Sequence record: ON529855.1
DNA length: 64,000 nucleotides
Direction: 5' to 3' (one strand)
Part shown: piece by piece, positions 22,023-30,859 of the stretch
Layout: each line of letters begins with the position of its first letter
How positions within the stretch are numbered: position 1 is the stretch's first letter
Notes under the pieces: model-generated
The model's database searches: none
Told to the model about the DNA's origin: nothing
The model's input: only the letters and a program-made list of their open reading frames with translations
Made by a program: the position numbers and the translations under genes

Positions 22023-22322
22023 ATGACTTACATGACGATCGGGCAGGTGGGCGCGATGGCGCGAGGTCGGGGTATGGTTTTCAGCCGGACCGCCGACACC
22101 TATGAATTCCGGCTGCGGTATCGGGACCCGACCGCCTCTAATGCGGACGGCCGCGCGGAATGGATCACGGCGGACCTGCAAGAAATCATCGCGGTGCTGC
22201 GAACCATGGCGCCGTTCGAACCGCCGCCGGCCGTCACCATCCCCCGCCAGGCGAACTTCAGCAACAATCGGGCGTGCAGCGACCTGGAGCCGCGCGACAA
22301 GCGCTCGGCCAGCGACTACTAG
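22023..22322 (+). CDS. hypothetical protein
   Basis: GGAGG RBS; divergent from the promoter at 21846. Confidence 0.7.
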   Translation: MTYMTIGQVGAMARGRGMVFSRTADTYEFRLRYRDPTASNADGRAEWITADLQEIIAVLRTMAPFEPPPAVTIPRQANFSNNRACSDLEPRDKRSASDY

Positions 22323-22385
22323 GACAACGCCTACGGACAGGCTGTCCGCCTAAGTATACATCACGGGTAAAAAGAGTCCGATGGT

Positions 22386-22428
22386 TCACTCGTGGGCTTC
22401 GCCCCCTCGTGACCGGCTGCCGCCGGCC
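22386..22428. repeat. 43-nt dispersed repeat, copy 1
   Basis: 40/43 identical to 33686-33728. Confidence 0.85.
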
Positions 22429-22560
22429 TCCTCCGGACGCCCGCCTCCCCAGGCTGACCAGGACCGGCACGGCCGTCACGACCGCTGTGGACATTTTCAT
22501 GTTGCTTAAGTCAGCTTCATGCTGTTTAAGACGCGACATCGCTCAATCAAGGAGACCGCG

Positions 22561-22884
22561 ATGCGCTACACGCAAGAACAGATCGCCGCCCAGTCGCAAC
22601 TGGTGACGGACGCCCTGGAGGAACTGACCGAGCATCAAGCCCGGCTCGCCCACATGCTGAAGCAGAACGCCGCGCCGCTGAAGCCGGGGCCGAAACCGGC
22701 CCTGCTGAACATGTACGGCAAGCTGACCGAGTACGGCACAATGGTCATGTTCGGCATGTTCGCAGCCGGCGATCGCGATAGCGATATTGCAGCCCACTTT
22801 GAGATCACGCCCTCGGCCGTGTACGCGCGCCGCCAGCGCTGGGAGAGCGCCCAGCGCAAGAAGAAGGCGCTCCAGTCGGCCTGA
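22561..22884 (+). CDS. HTH DNA-binding protein
   Basis: AGGAG RBS; PGPKP...KLT...GDRDSDIAAHFEITPSAVYARRQRW. Confidence 0.75.
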   Translation: MRYTQEQIAAQSQLVTDALEELTEHQARLAHMLKQNAAPLKPGPKPALLNMYGKLTEYGTMVMFGMFAAGDRDSDIAAHFEITPSAVYARRQRWESAQRKKKALQSA

Positions 22885-22892
22885 CGCCGCCT

Positions 22893-22930
22893 TCGTGTTG
22901 CCGTATCGGGTGATACGGCAACACGATCTT
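22893..22930. terminator. perfect 15-bp inverted repeat, likely terminator
   Basis: TCGTGTTGCCGTATC-GGGT-GATACGGCAACACGA then TCTTT, just after the HTH stop. Confidence 0.6.
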
Positions 22931-22940
22931 TACACGAGGC

Positions 22941-23063
22941 CGGACAGTATCCGGACATAAGCGGACATCACGGTCGTCCATATATGGACGTTTAACCCGC
23001 TCAACGGCCTCAAACGTCCATATATGGATGGTAGGTTCGATTATCCGGACATTTGCTGGACAT
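22941..23063. repeat. GGACA/TGTCC iteron- or operator-like array
   Basis: CGGACA at 22941, 22952, 22962; CGTCCATATATGGAYG at 22975 and 23015; TATCCGGACAT at 22948 and 23042. Confidence 0.7.
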
Positions 23064-23593
23064 CAGGAGGGGCGAAGCTGGCTCCGCCGCATCTCGTCGA
23101 TCCCCTTCGCCAGGGCGTAGTTGGAATAGGCGTGGTCCCCGGTGATCTCGGCGTCGACGGCTTCGGCGAACCAGGCCGGCATGTTGACGCCGTGGTTCTC
23201 GTCCGGCAGTTCGACCTCCAGGATCATCAGGTGGCGCAGGGCGGGGTGATCGAACATGTCGAACTCCAGCGTCAGGTCGCCGTGCGGGATCGACCAACGC
23301 GTCTTCTCGATGCAGGCGCCTTTTGTGTGGTGGATCGCCAGGTTCAGGTAGGTCATCCCGTCGATCTCGAACTCGATCTCATGGCTGGCGAAGGCCGAAC
23401 CTTCGACGGGCCGCTTCATCGTCAGGTGATAGCGCGGGTTGAACAGCTTGCACGAGGTCTGGCGGATGCGCACGATCCAGTCGCCCGTCCCTTGGACGTA
23501 GGCCTGGGTGATCTTCACCACACGGGCGGCGTCCAGGACGGCTTCCGGCGGCAACGACTTCAGTCGGAACCGGCGTTCGATCTCTACGCTCAT
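23063..23593 (-). CDS. CYTH-domain triphosphatase/cyclase family protein
   Basis: VEIERRF (ExExK-like), ITQAY, VRIR, EIEFEI, IEKTR, EFDMF, LEVEL. Confidence 0.9.
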   Translation of the reverse strand: MSVEIERRFRLKSLPPEAVLDAARVVKITQAYVQGTGDWIVRIRQTSCKLFNPRYHLTMKRPVEGSAFASHEIEFEIDGMTYLNLAIHHTKGACIEKTRWSIPHGDLTLEFDMFDHPALRHLMILEVELPDENHGVNMPAWFAEAVDAEITGDHAYSNYALAKGIDEMRRSQLRPS

Positions 23594-24306
23594 GCCGGCG
23601 CTCCGACGCTGTAGGCGGCTTCCTGCATCCGGCGAAGGGCCTGCGGCCGATATGGGACTTCAGCCCGCACAACATCCCGCGCGGCGTCCGACGGCTTGAA
23701 CGTCACATGGGAGCCCTGGGGCGACCAAACCGCCCGCACCGGATAGACGAGGCCAGCCTGAACGGCGCCGGCGTACTCGTTGTGAATGAACGGCTCGTGG
23801 GTCCCGAACTCGCCGCCGCGCACCGGCAGCAACAAGCGGGCCACCCGCCGGTTCACCACCATCGGCTTAAAGGCCCATCCGCCCCGCTCGACCACTTGCC
23901 GGAAGGTGTAGACTTGGTCTGGATCGCCCTCCAGGGTCTTTTCGCAGGCGTAGAGACGCCCCTTCAGGGTCACTTCCCATACGACGTCCTGGCCCTGCGC
24001 ATCCTGTTCGCACGGCCGCAGGCGGCCGTCGGCGACCGCCGTCACGACCAGAGCGCGCAACGCCGGGTCTTCCCGCATCGGCGTGCGTCTCGCCTCGCCC
24101 AGCCAACTATACCGCAGGGTGTCGGCGCCGCTGTCGGCGGTGATGACCATGGCGCCGGCGCGGGCGACCGCCGCCCACATGGCGTCGTCCTCCATCTGGG
24201 CGCTCTCGGGGTCCATGCCTTGCGGCGCGGGCGCGATCCCAGCGACGGCCGGCAATCCGACCAGGGCGGCGAGCGCGGTGAAGACGGTGCGTCGGTTCAG
24301 GTTCAT
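23590..24306 (-). CDS. hypothetical protein with twin-arginine-like leader
   Basis: MNLNRRTVFTALAALVGLPAVAG. Confidence 0.6.
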   Translation of the reverse strand: MNLNRRTVFTALAALVGLPAVAGIAPAPQGMDPESAQMEDDAMWAAVARAGAMVITADSGADTLRYSWLGEARRTPMREDPALRALVVTAVADGRLRPCEQDAQGQDVVWEVTLKGRLYACEKTLEGDPDQVYTFRQVVERGGWAFKPMVVNRRVARLLLPVRGGEFGTHEPFIHNEYAGAVQAGLVYPVRAVWSPQGSHVTFKPSDAARDVVRAEVPYRPQALRRMQEAAYSVGAPA

Positions 24307-24389
24307 GCCGCTTTTCTGCCTTGTCGATTTTTTCGTGTCAACCGCAACGGCGCCGGTTGACAGCAATCCCGGCACATGCGAGAAGGACA

Positions 24390-24857
24390 CCTCGGCGGCG
24401 CGGTCCCAGGGCAGCGTCGTCGGGCGATCTCGACCGGCACACGGGCTTGGGAAGATCAGAGGAATAGATGGGGAACCACAGCAGCGCTCCGGCGGGCTGC
24501 CCGATCACCGCGCTATCCTTGCGGACCCCTCAGGGGATAGGCTCTGACGCCGCAAAGATGTCGAGAGGACGGACCCTGCTGAACGGCGCTGTAACGCCGC
24601 CTCGGTAGGAACAAGGTCGAGCCGTAGCGCCCTTCGGGCGCCGCATCGACTGGACCCCGCCCATTACCAGTATCGTAGGTGGCTAAGCGTTCGCCTCCCC
24701 CGTCCGGGACATGTACCGGCCGGACCGAGAGGTATTCGCGAGGCGAGCACGCCAGGGTTACGTCACCGAAGCCGGCTCACCCGCCCGGCGCGATCGAGGG
24801 TCCATGGCCCTCCTTACCAAACCCCCGTCGGCTCGCGCCGGCGGGGGTCTCTTCTTG
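24390..24857 (+). ncRNA. candidate large structured ncRNA of about 460 nt
   Basis: No credible ORF of 60 aa or more; TTGACA at 24357; multiple hairpins; plus-strand terminator at 24821-24856. Confidence 0.45.
24821..24856 (+). terminator. intrinsic terminator
   Basis: ACCCCCGTCGGC-TCGC-GCCGGCGGGGGT then CTCTTCTT; the T-G pair is valid only on plus. Confidence 0.7.
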
Positions 24858-24864
24858 AGGGCCT

Positions 24865-25083
24865 ATGCCGTACCAGATCAGAATCACCGCCGCCGACTGC
24901 GAAACCCTCTCGGGCCAGACAGGCCTCAAGGGGATGATCTCAGGCTTGCGCGCCATGAAGGCCTGGGCCGAGGAACATACACCGGGATGGACCTACATCG
25001 CGGGGCTCCAGCGGTTCCAATTCCAGACGGCGGAGGACCTGGATCGGTTCGAAGCGACGTTCAAAAGCGCTCCGGAGGCCTGA
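24865..25083 (+). CDS. hypothetical protein
   Basis: GAGGG RBS; natural amino acid composition. Confidence 0.6.
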   Translation: MPYQIRITAADCETLSGQTGLKGMISGLRAMKAWAEEHTPGWTYIAGLQRFQFQTAEDLDRFEATFKSAPEA

Positions 25084-25360
25084 CGAGTCTTCAAGGCTGT
25101 ATCGGGCGCCGACCTGGAGTTGCCAGGTCTCGGGATGATCAGGTCTGATTTTCCTGGTGTTTCCTGCGCCGTATCCCAACATTTTGTTAAGACTTCAAGA
25201 GGCGTTTCCAGGCGGACTCGCTGCGCTCCTGTCGGGCGGGGCTTCCCTGCCGCCGGGGGATGGCGGGGCCTCGCGGCCGGAGCGTAATCGGGGGGCGTCA
25301 TGCGCTCGCACAGGGAAGTGTCCTGCCAAGGACAGCCCTTTGTGGCACACTTGGGGCGAA

Positions 25361-25612
25361 ACGAAAAGCCCCGCCGGCGAACCGACGGGGCTTACCCACA
25401 AGGGAAGGTCCTAAGACCTCGCTCGATGCCTCTTGCCTTACGGCTATCCCGCATGACGCGTGGACCCCTTACAGGGCGGGTGGACGCTTTTGCCCCGAAG
25501 AGCGCAACCGATCTATCGTCCGAAACAGGGTGAGACCTCGGCGGCCGCACGAGGTCTCGGGCGTTCTCAAGCCGGCGTTCCGATCCTCGTACTGACCGGC
25601 GATTGAACAGCC
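25361..25612 (-). ncRNA. candidate structured ncRNA of about 250 nt with own promoter and terminator
   Basis: TTGACT-17-CATACT promoter (25644-25616), UUCG and GUAA tetraloop hairpins, terminator at 25361-25393. Confidence 0.65.
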
Positions 25613-25640
25613 GGGAGTATGGCCCAGCTTGACTGTAAAG

Positions 25641-25985
25641 TCAAGACCGCGCGGTGAGGGAGCAGGCCATGGAGTTTGGATCGTAGTCGTTGGATCGGTA
25701 GCCCTCCGCGAACAGGTAGGTCTGGCCGCCGGTCTGGAAGGTGTAGACGACGCAATGTTCGCCCGTGAAGACCCGCGTCAGGCCGACGGCGGCGCGTTCC
25801 TGGGCGGCCTTGTCGGCGGCGAAGCGCCGTCGTTCCTCGGCGGTCATCGGCCGGGTCTGATTCGGCCCCACGTCGACGAGGGTCGGGACGTGCTCGACCG
25901 GCGGCGCCGGGCTCTGCGACGGCGCATTGCAGGCGGCCGTCAGCAGCATGGCGGCGGCGGCGAGGATGAGTGTGGTCTTGGTCAT
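25641..25985 (-). CDS. predicted lipoprotein, paralog of 26431-26739
   Basis: Lipobox LTAAC; C-terminal C-x4-F-x3-GQTYL-x-A...C. Confidence 0.75.
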   Translation of the reverse strand: MTKTTLILAAAAMLLTAACNAPSQSPAPPVEHVPTLVDVGPNQTRPMTAEERRRFAADKAAQERAAVGLTRVFTGEHCVVYTFQTGGQTYLFAEGYRSNDYDPNSMACSLTARS

Positions 25986-26041
25986 GAGGTCCTTTCGAGG
26001 GAGCGGCCGGGATTCCTCCCGAGGGCGGCGCCGGGATGGGA

Positions 26042-26377
26042 TTAGTCGTCTAAATCAGGATGCCAGCCTGCTGGACGCGGCTCCGGCTTCCAGCGCCGAT
26101 CTTCCCCGGTCGGGAAGCCGAACTTCAGCACCATGTCGTAAGAGTCCCAGAACGCCCGCGCCTGGGGATAGGCGACCAGCACCAGATACAGCGCCATAAG
26201 GCCGTTCAGTGCGGGGATCAGGAAGAACAGCATCACCGGGAACATCATCATAGGTCGGATGACCGCGTTGCCGTAATCAGACCGGCTCCACCAGTGGGCG
26301 CTTTGGATGATAAATACCCCGCAGACACACATAGGTGCGAGCCAGTAGATCAGGAATGGATCAGGCATGGGGACCAC
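26042..26377 (-). CDS. 2-TM membrane protein
   Basis: Two hydrophobic segments. Confidence 0.65.
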   Translation of the reverse strand: MVPMPDPFLIYWLAPMCVCGVFIIQSAHWWSRSDYGNAVIRPMMMFPVMLFFLIPALNGLMALYLVLVAYPQARAFWDSYDMVLKFGFPTGEDRRWKPEPRPAGWHPDLDD

Positions 26378-26434
26378 CTAGATACAGATCAGGGCGAGGA
26401 TGAAGGTGAAGATGAAGACGCGCAGCGCGATCAT
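26378..26434 (-). CDS. 18-aa hydrophobic microprotein MIALRVFIFTFILALICI
   Basis: ATGA overlap with the upstream stop; abuts the next start. Confidence 0.5.
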   Translation of the reverse strand: MIALRVFIFTFILALICI

Positions 26435-26739
26435 CGGGGCGCCGGGGTGATGGCGCAGCCGGCCCGAGAATAACGCGCGCTGGCCGCAACGAGATAGGTC
26501 TGCCCGTCGTAGGTAAAGGCCCCGATCTCGCACTCACTCATCTGCGCCAGCGGCGTGTAGGTCCACAGGGGGTCGCCGGCCGGCTTGTCTTCGGTCTGGA
26601 TCGCCGCCTGCGACGGGCCAAAGGCTGCGGGCGCGGTCACCGCCGACGCTGCGGGCGCAGGGGCCTGGTTCGCCGGCTGGCAGGCCGCCAGTGAGGAGCC
26701 CAGGGCGGCGGCGAGCAGGGTGAGTTTGATACGGGTCAT
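26431..26739 (-). CDS. predicted lipoprotein
   Basis: Lipobox SLAAC; GGAGG RBS; directly downstream of the promoter at 26776. Confidence 0.75.
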   Translation of the reverse strand: MTRIKLTLLAAALGSSLAACQPANQAPAPAASAVTAPAAFGPSQAAIQTEDKPAGDPLWTYTPLAQMSECEIGAFTYDGQTYLVAASARYSRAGCAITPAPR

Positions 26740-26796
26740 GAAAAAGTCCTCCAGGCGTTGTCGTCTGGAGGACTTGTAAAGGAATGATTTGCGGTG

Positions 26797-26898
26797 TCAA
26801 CCCAGGAAGAAGCGGATCAGCAGCCCGGCGGCCCCGAACAGGCCGAAGATCAGCACCAGGTCGAGCGCCATGCTCGGCGGCTTGTCTCGCTGAGGCAT
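26797..26898 (-). CDS. 33-aa single-TM microprotein
   Basis: MPQRDKPPSMALDLVLIFGLFGAAGLLIRFFLG; TGATG coupling to the upstream gene. Confidence 0.55.
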   Translation of the reverse strand: MPQRDKPPSMALDLVLIFGLFGAAGLLIRFFLG

Positions 26899-29800
26899 CA
26901 GGCGCGGTTGAAGTTGAACGGGGTGAAGGGTCGCCCTTCGCCAGCGTCCAGCAGGGTGTCCAGCAAGGCCTGCCCCGCCGCCGACTGCGGATCGAGGGCG
27001 GCGCCGAAGCCGCTCGCATAGAGGTCCAGGGCCAGGAACCGCAGGTTGGCCTCGGTGTTGGCGACGGGTGCGCCCCGATCCATCGCGGCGTGATAGGCCT
27101 CGTGGGCGTCCTCGTCATGGGGCACGGCGACTGTCGTCTCGGGCTCATCCGCATCAAGCAGTAGCGGAATGTCCGGGTCCAGGGTCAGGCCGTACTGCTT
27201 GGCGAGCGCCCGCGCATAGGCTTCTGCGCCGGGCTCGTCATCATAGAAGTCGCGGCGCGCCGCCAGGGCGTAGTCACGTCGCTCGTAGTCGCACGCCGGG
27301 GTGATCTCGGCGATGCCGATCCGGGTCCGGTCGCCGCGCGGATAGATGATGATCCAAGTGCTGGGGACTAGGTCCCGATCAAGATGGTCGGTCATGCTGG
27401 CGCCAGGGTCAGGTGAATGGGCTCGAACGTCGGGTAGTCGACGCCGCCGCCGGTGGCGTTGGTCATCTGGGCCATACCTTGCCGCTCCAGCAGAATGGCG
27501 GCGGCGATCGCCTCGGCGCGCGTCATCCAAAACCCCTTCTTGGTGTTCAGGATGTCGTCGTCCAGGCTCACGGTCTTGGCGAGACCGGCTTCCCGCAAGG
27601 TCAGCCAGATCGCGCCGGCGGCCGTCGTCACCCAGCGCTTGTTCAGCACGACTTCCCTGATTTCGACGAGACCGCACCGCTCCAGCATGCGCAGTTGCGG
27701 TAGGCGGGCCAGGTTGATGGGGTGGCCCACCACCGACTCGTCTCGGGCGTAGACAGCGACGAGGTGGCGCAGGACGTCTTCGGCGTCGCGAGGGTCGTCA
27801 GTCGTTCGCATCTTGTTCTCCTTATTGATCGACGTCGTCGAAGATGTCTTCGATGGAGGCGCCTTGCAGGGCGAGCAGGCCGGCGGCGTTGGGCAGGATG
27901 TCGCCTCCGGAGATTCCGCCGGCCGACGGCGCCCACCCTGGACCGGTGATGAACTGCAACCACTGCTTCGCCGACAGGCCGTCCGAGTAGCGCAGGGAGA
28001 GGGACATGTAATCCGCCAACACCTCCGGGGTCGAGAACACCGGGGAGATCGGCCCGTCTGAAACGGTCTGCCACATCTGCCAGCCCTCGCCCTCGGGCGG
28101 CTCGGTGCGCACCCAGGCGTCGAGCGCCGCCTTGATCTCGGGGCTGTCATAGACCACGCCGCCGTGGCAGTCCGGGTTGGGGCAGTCCCAGCTTTCCCCG
28201 GCCTCGCGGATCACGCGGTCCATGCAGGCGCTCATGCCGATCTGGCTGTGGTTTAGGTTCATCGCTGAAAGCTGACGCGCCGTGAAGGACGGCGCGGGAT
28301 CATGTGGAATCCAGGCCTTAGCCTCGCGGTCGAACGCGCCCGTCAGATGCGGCGGGATGCCGTGCTCGGCCGCCAGGATGGCGTCCAGGTCGGCGTCGGA
28401 CAGGCGATACATCCAGGACTCGTTGAACAGAGACGCCAGGCGGACCGATTCGTGCACGATCGCCGCCCTCACATCGGGACGAGACAGATCATCCTGGGTC
28501 AGGGGCGTTTCATCGCGCAGGGCGCCTATGCGGCCATAGACATAGTATCCAGGCGACTGCATGACGCTCTTTTGAGCAAACTGGCGCACTTCGGGGTCTT
28601 CGGCAGACCAGCGGTGCGCGCCGGCGTCGTCGCCCATCTGGGTGTAATCCTCGCCTTGCCCATACCAGCGCTTCTGGAGTTTATTGGCGAAAGGGGATTG
28701 CGCCATGCCGTTGCAGACAGAGCAGTTGTGCACGCCGTCCGACGGGCGGATGTAGCCAGCCCAGGCCGACATGGGGGCGTCGAAGTCCAGGGCGACGCGT
28801 TTGACTTCACGACCCACTGGACAGGCCCTCCTCATGCAGTTGCTCTTGAAAGTCCGCGTCCGTCCAATCCAGCGGCTGGAAAAACCGGATGTCGCCTCGA
28901 ACAGACCAGTACCGAGAATTGTGCTCGTTTTTGCGCACCCACGCCGGCTTTTGCTTAAGACGCCGGCCGACCTCGTCGAAGTCGAATCCTTCGCCGCGCG
29001 CGCCGAGTTCCAGGACGTGTTTCCATTGCGCGTCGCTCAGGCGCCAGAAGGCGCCGAACTGGCAGACATAGACGAACCTCATGCGACTTCATCCTTTGGC
29101 AGGATCGCCAGTTCAGGGAAGTCTCGGCCGGCGACGAAGACGAAATCGGGCTGGCCCTGGGCGACGCGCCACATGGAATGCGCCAGGTCGTCGTGCAGCC
29201 TTTCGATCGGCAGGCCGTAACGGGTGTTGTAGGCGCGGTACTGGTCGTCGAACTGTTCGAACAGGGCCTTGACCGACGGGTCCGCCTGGAGCCGACGATA
29301 GGCGACCGCCCGCGAATGCTGCATCACCGCGCGCATGTCGGAGACGGTGTATTGCTGCTCCTGGGTCAGATTGCGGTAAGGCGTTTCAGGCGCGGCGAAG
29401 ATTTCTTCGATCAACTCGTCGTCGGTCCAGCGAAAGCGCTCGCCGTCCATGACGAAGTGGTCGACGCTGGACGACAGCAGGGTGCGGGCGCCGGGGTGCT
29501 TGATCTGAGCCGCGTAGGCGATCTGCTGCGCCCGCATGTAGTCGACGTCGGGCGCGCGGGAGTAGATGGTGAATTCACGCCCGCCGGGCAGGGTCAGGAC
29601 CACGCCGCGATAGGTCGACTGATCGCCTTCATCATAGTCGATTGCGATGTGGAAGTTCGGCGTCGCCATGGGTCGCTCCTCTAGGGTTTGGCGGTCAGGG
29701 CGCAGCGCCGGCAGACATCTCCCTCGTAGACACGCTTCTCTTCGATGTTGTGCCACTCGATGGGGCCGCCGAACCCGTGGTTGGGCTCAGACTCCATCAC

Positions 29801-30859
29801 CGAGATCGGCACCACCGAATAGCGGGGGCGCATCTTGTGGCCGAAAACTCGACACCACCAGGGGGTCTCCTGCGTCACGATCTGACCTTTCGAGGGTTCT
29901 GTAAAGGAATGTTTTGAGGTCGTCAAGCGCCGGCGCGCCCAGAGCGTCAGCGCCGTCGTTCACCGACGACCAGTCGGGCGCGTTCCAGCATTTCTGGCGC
30001 GCAGCCCGTCTCGCCGGCCGCCAGGCGCTCCGCCACGAAGGCGCGGCCCTTGTCGGTAGCCTCGTAGTCGCCCCGGCAGCCGCAGGGGCAGCCGTCAATC
30101 AGACCGCGCCGGATCAGGTTCGCCATCTTGCCGCGAAGCAGTTTTTCGGGGATGTCCTCGGGAAAGAGCGGCGCGACCGAATGGAACCAGAACTGGGGAT
30201 CGGCGTGGACGGTGTCGGTCCAGCACCAGGTCCCCCAGACGCCGTCCAGGGCGGTGACGAACTGGACGATCGGAAGGTCGGGGATGTCCTTGAGTTGACG
30301 CGGCATGGGGCCGGTCCAGTAGGAGACGAACGCGGTCATCGCGCAGCGCCCTGGCGCAGGCTGTCATAGACCCCCGAGGTGATGTCGGCGATCTCGCAGG
30401 CGGCCTTGCGGAAGATGCCGCGATAGGGTTCGGCGTGGGCCTCGATATGGGTGATCACGTCGATGACCTCCAGATCGGTCGACGCGGGGGTCAGCCGGGC
30501 GATCATGGCGGGGATCGGCGCCTCGGGGTGAAGGACGCCGGCCTCGCAGCAGGCGTCGTCCGGCTCGGCCTTGATCTTCTCCATCAGCCATTCGCGGGTG
30601 ATGTGCATCTTCATGCCTTGATCTCCTCAGGCGGACGATCCAGCCAACCCGGTTCTGACTTGAACCGGGTTGGCGCGGGCTCGTAGAGTTTCTCGATCGT
30701 CTCTCGTCGGCCCCAGTGCTGGACGTAGCCCTTGGCGTCGGTTACGACCCACGCCCCGACCCAAGGGCCGCTGACGACGCCCTCGAACTCCGCGAGGTTC
30801 TCGGCGGTGATCTGCTCGACGATGCAGGGCGCCGAACGACCCTTGAGGGCGACCTTCAT
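26898..30859 (-). CDS. nine hypothetical genes
   Basis: 26898-27395, 27392-27811, 27822-28817 (CxxC motifs), 28807-29082, 29079-29669, 29681-29878 (CRVFGHK, DUF1660-like), 29947-30339, 30336-30614, 30611-30859. Confidence 0.7.

Noticed and set aside
22258-22539. Val-rich peptide MKMSTAVVTAVPVLVSL resembling an ilv attenuator leader
   Set aside because: No downstream biosynthetic gene or terminator on that strand, and it overlaps the plus-strand regulatory region
24619-24650. GAGCCGTA resembling group II intron domain V
   Set aside because: No complementary TACGGTTC strand, AC bulge, domain VI or reverse transcriptase nearby
24565-24779. GAGGA (24565) and ACCGAAGCCGGCTCA (24765), resembling RNase P CR-I and CR-V
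   Set aside because: The two segments cannot form the P4 helix and CR-II/III are not recognisable; kept only as an unassigned ncRNA candidate
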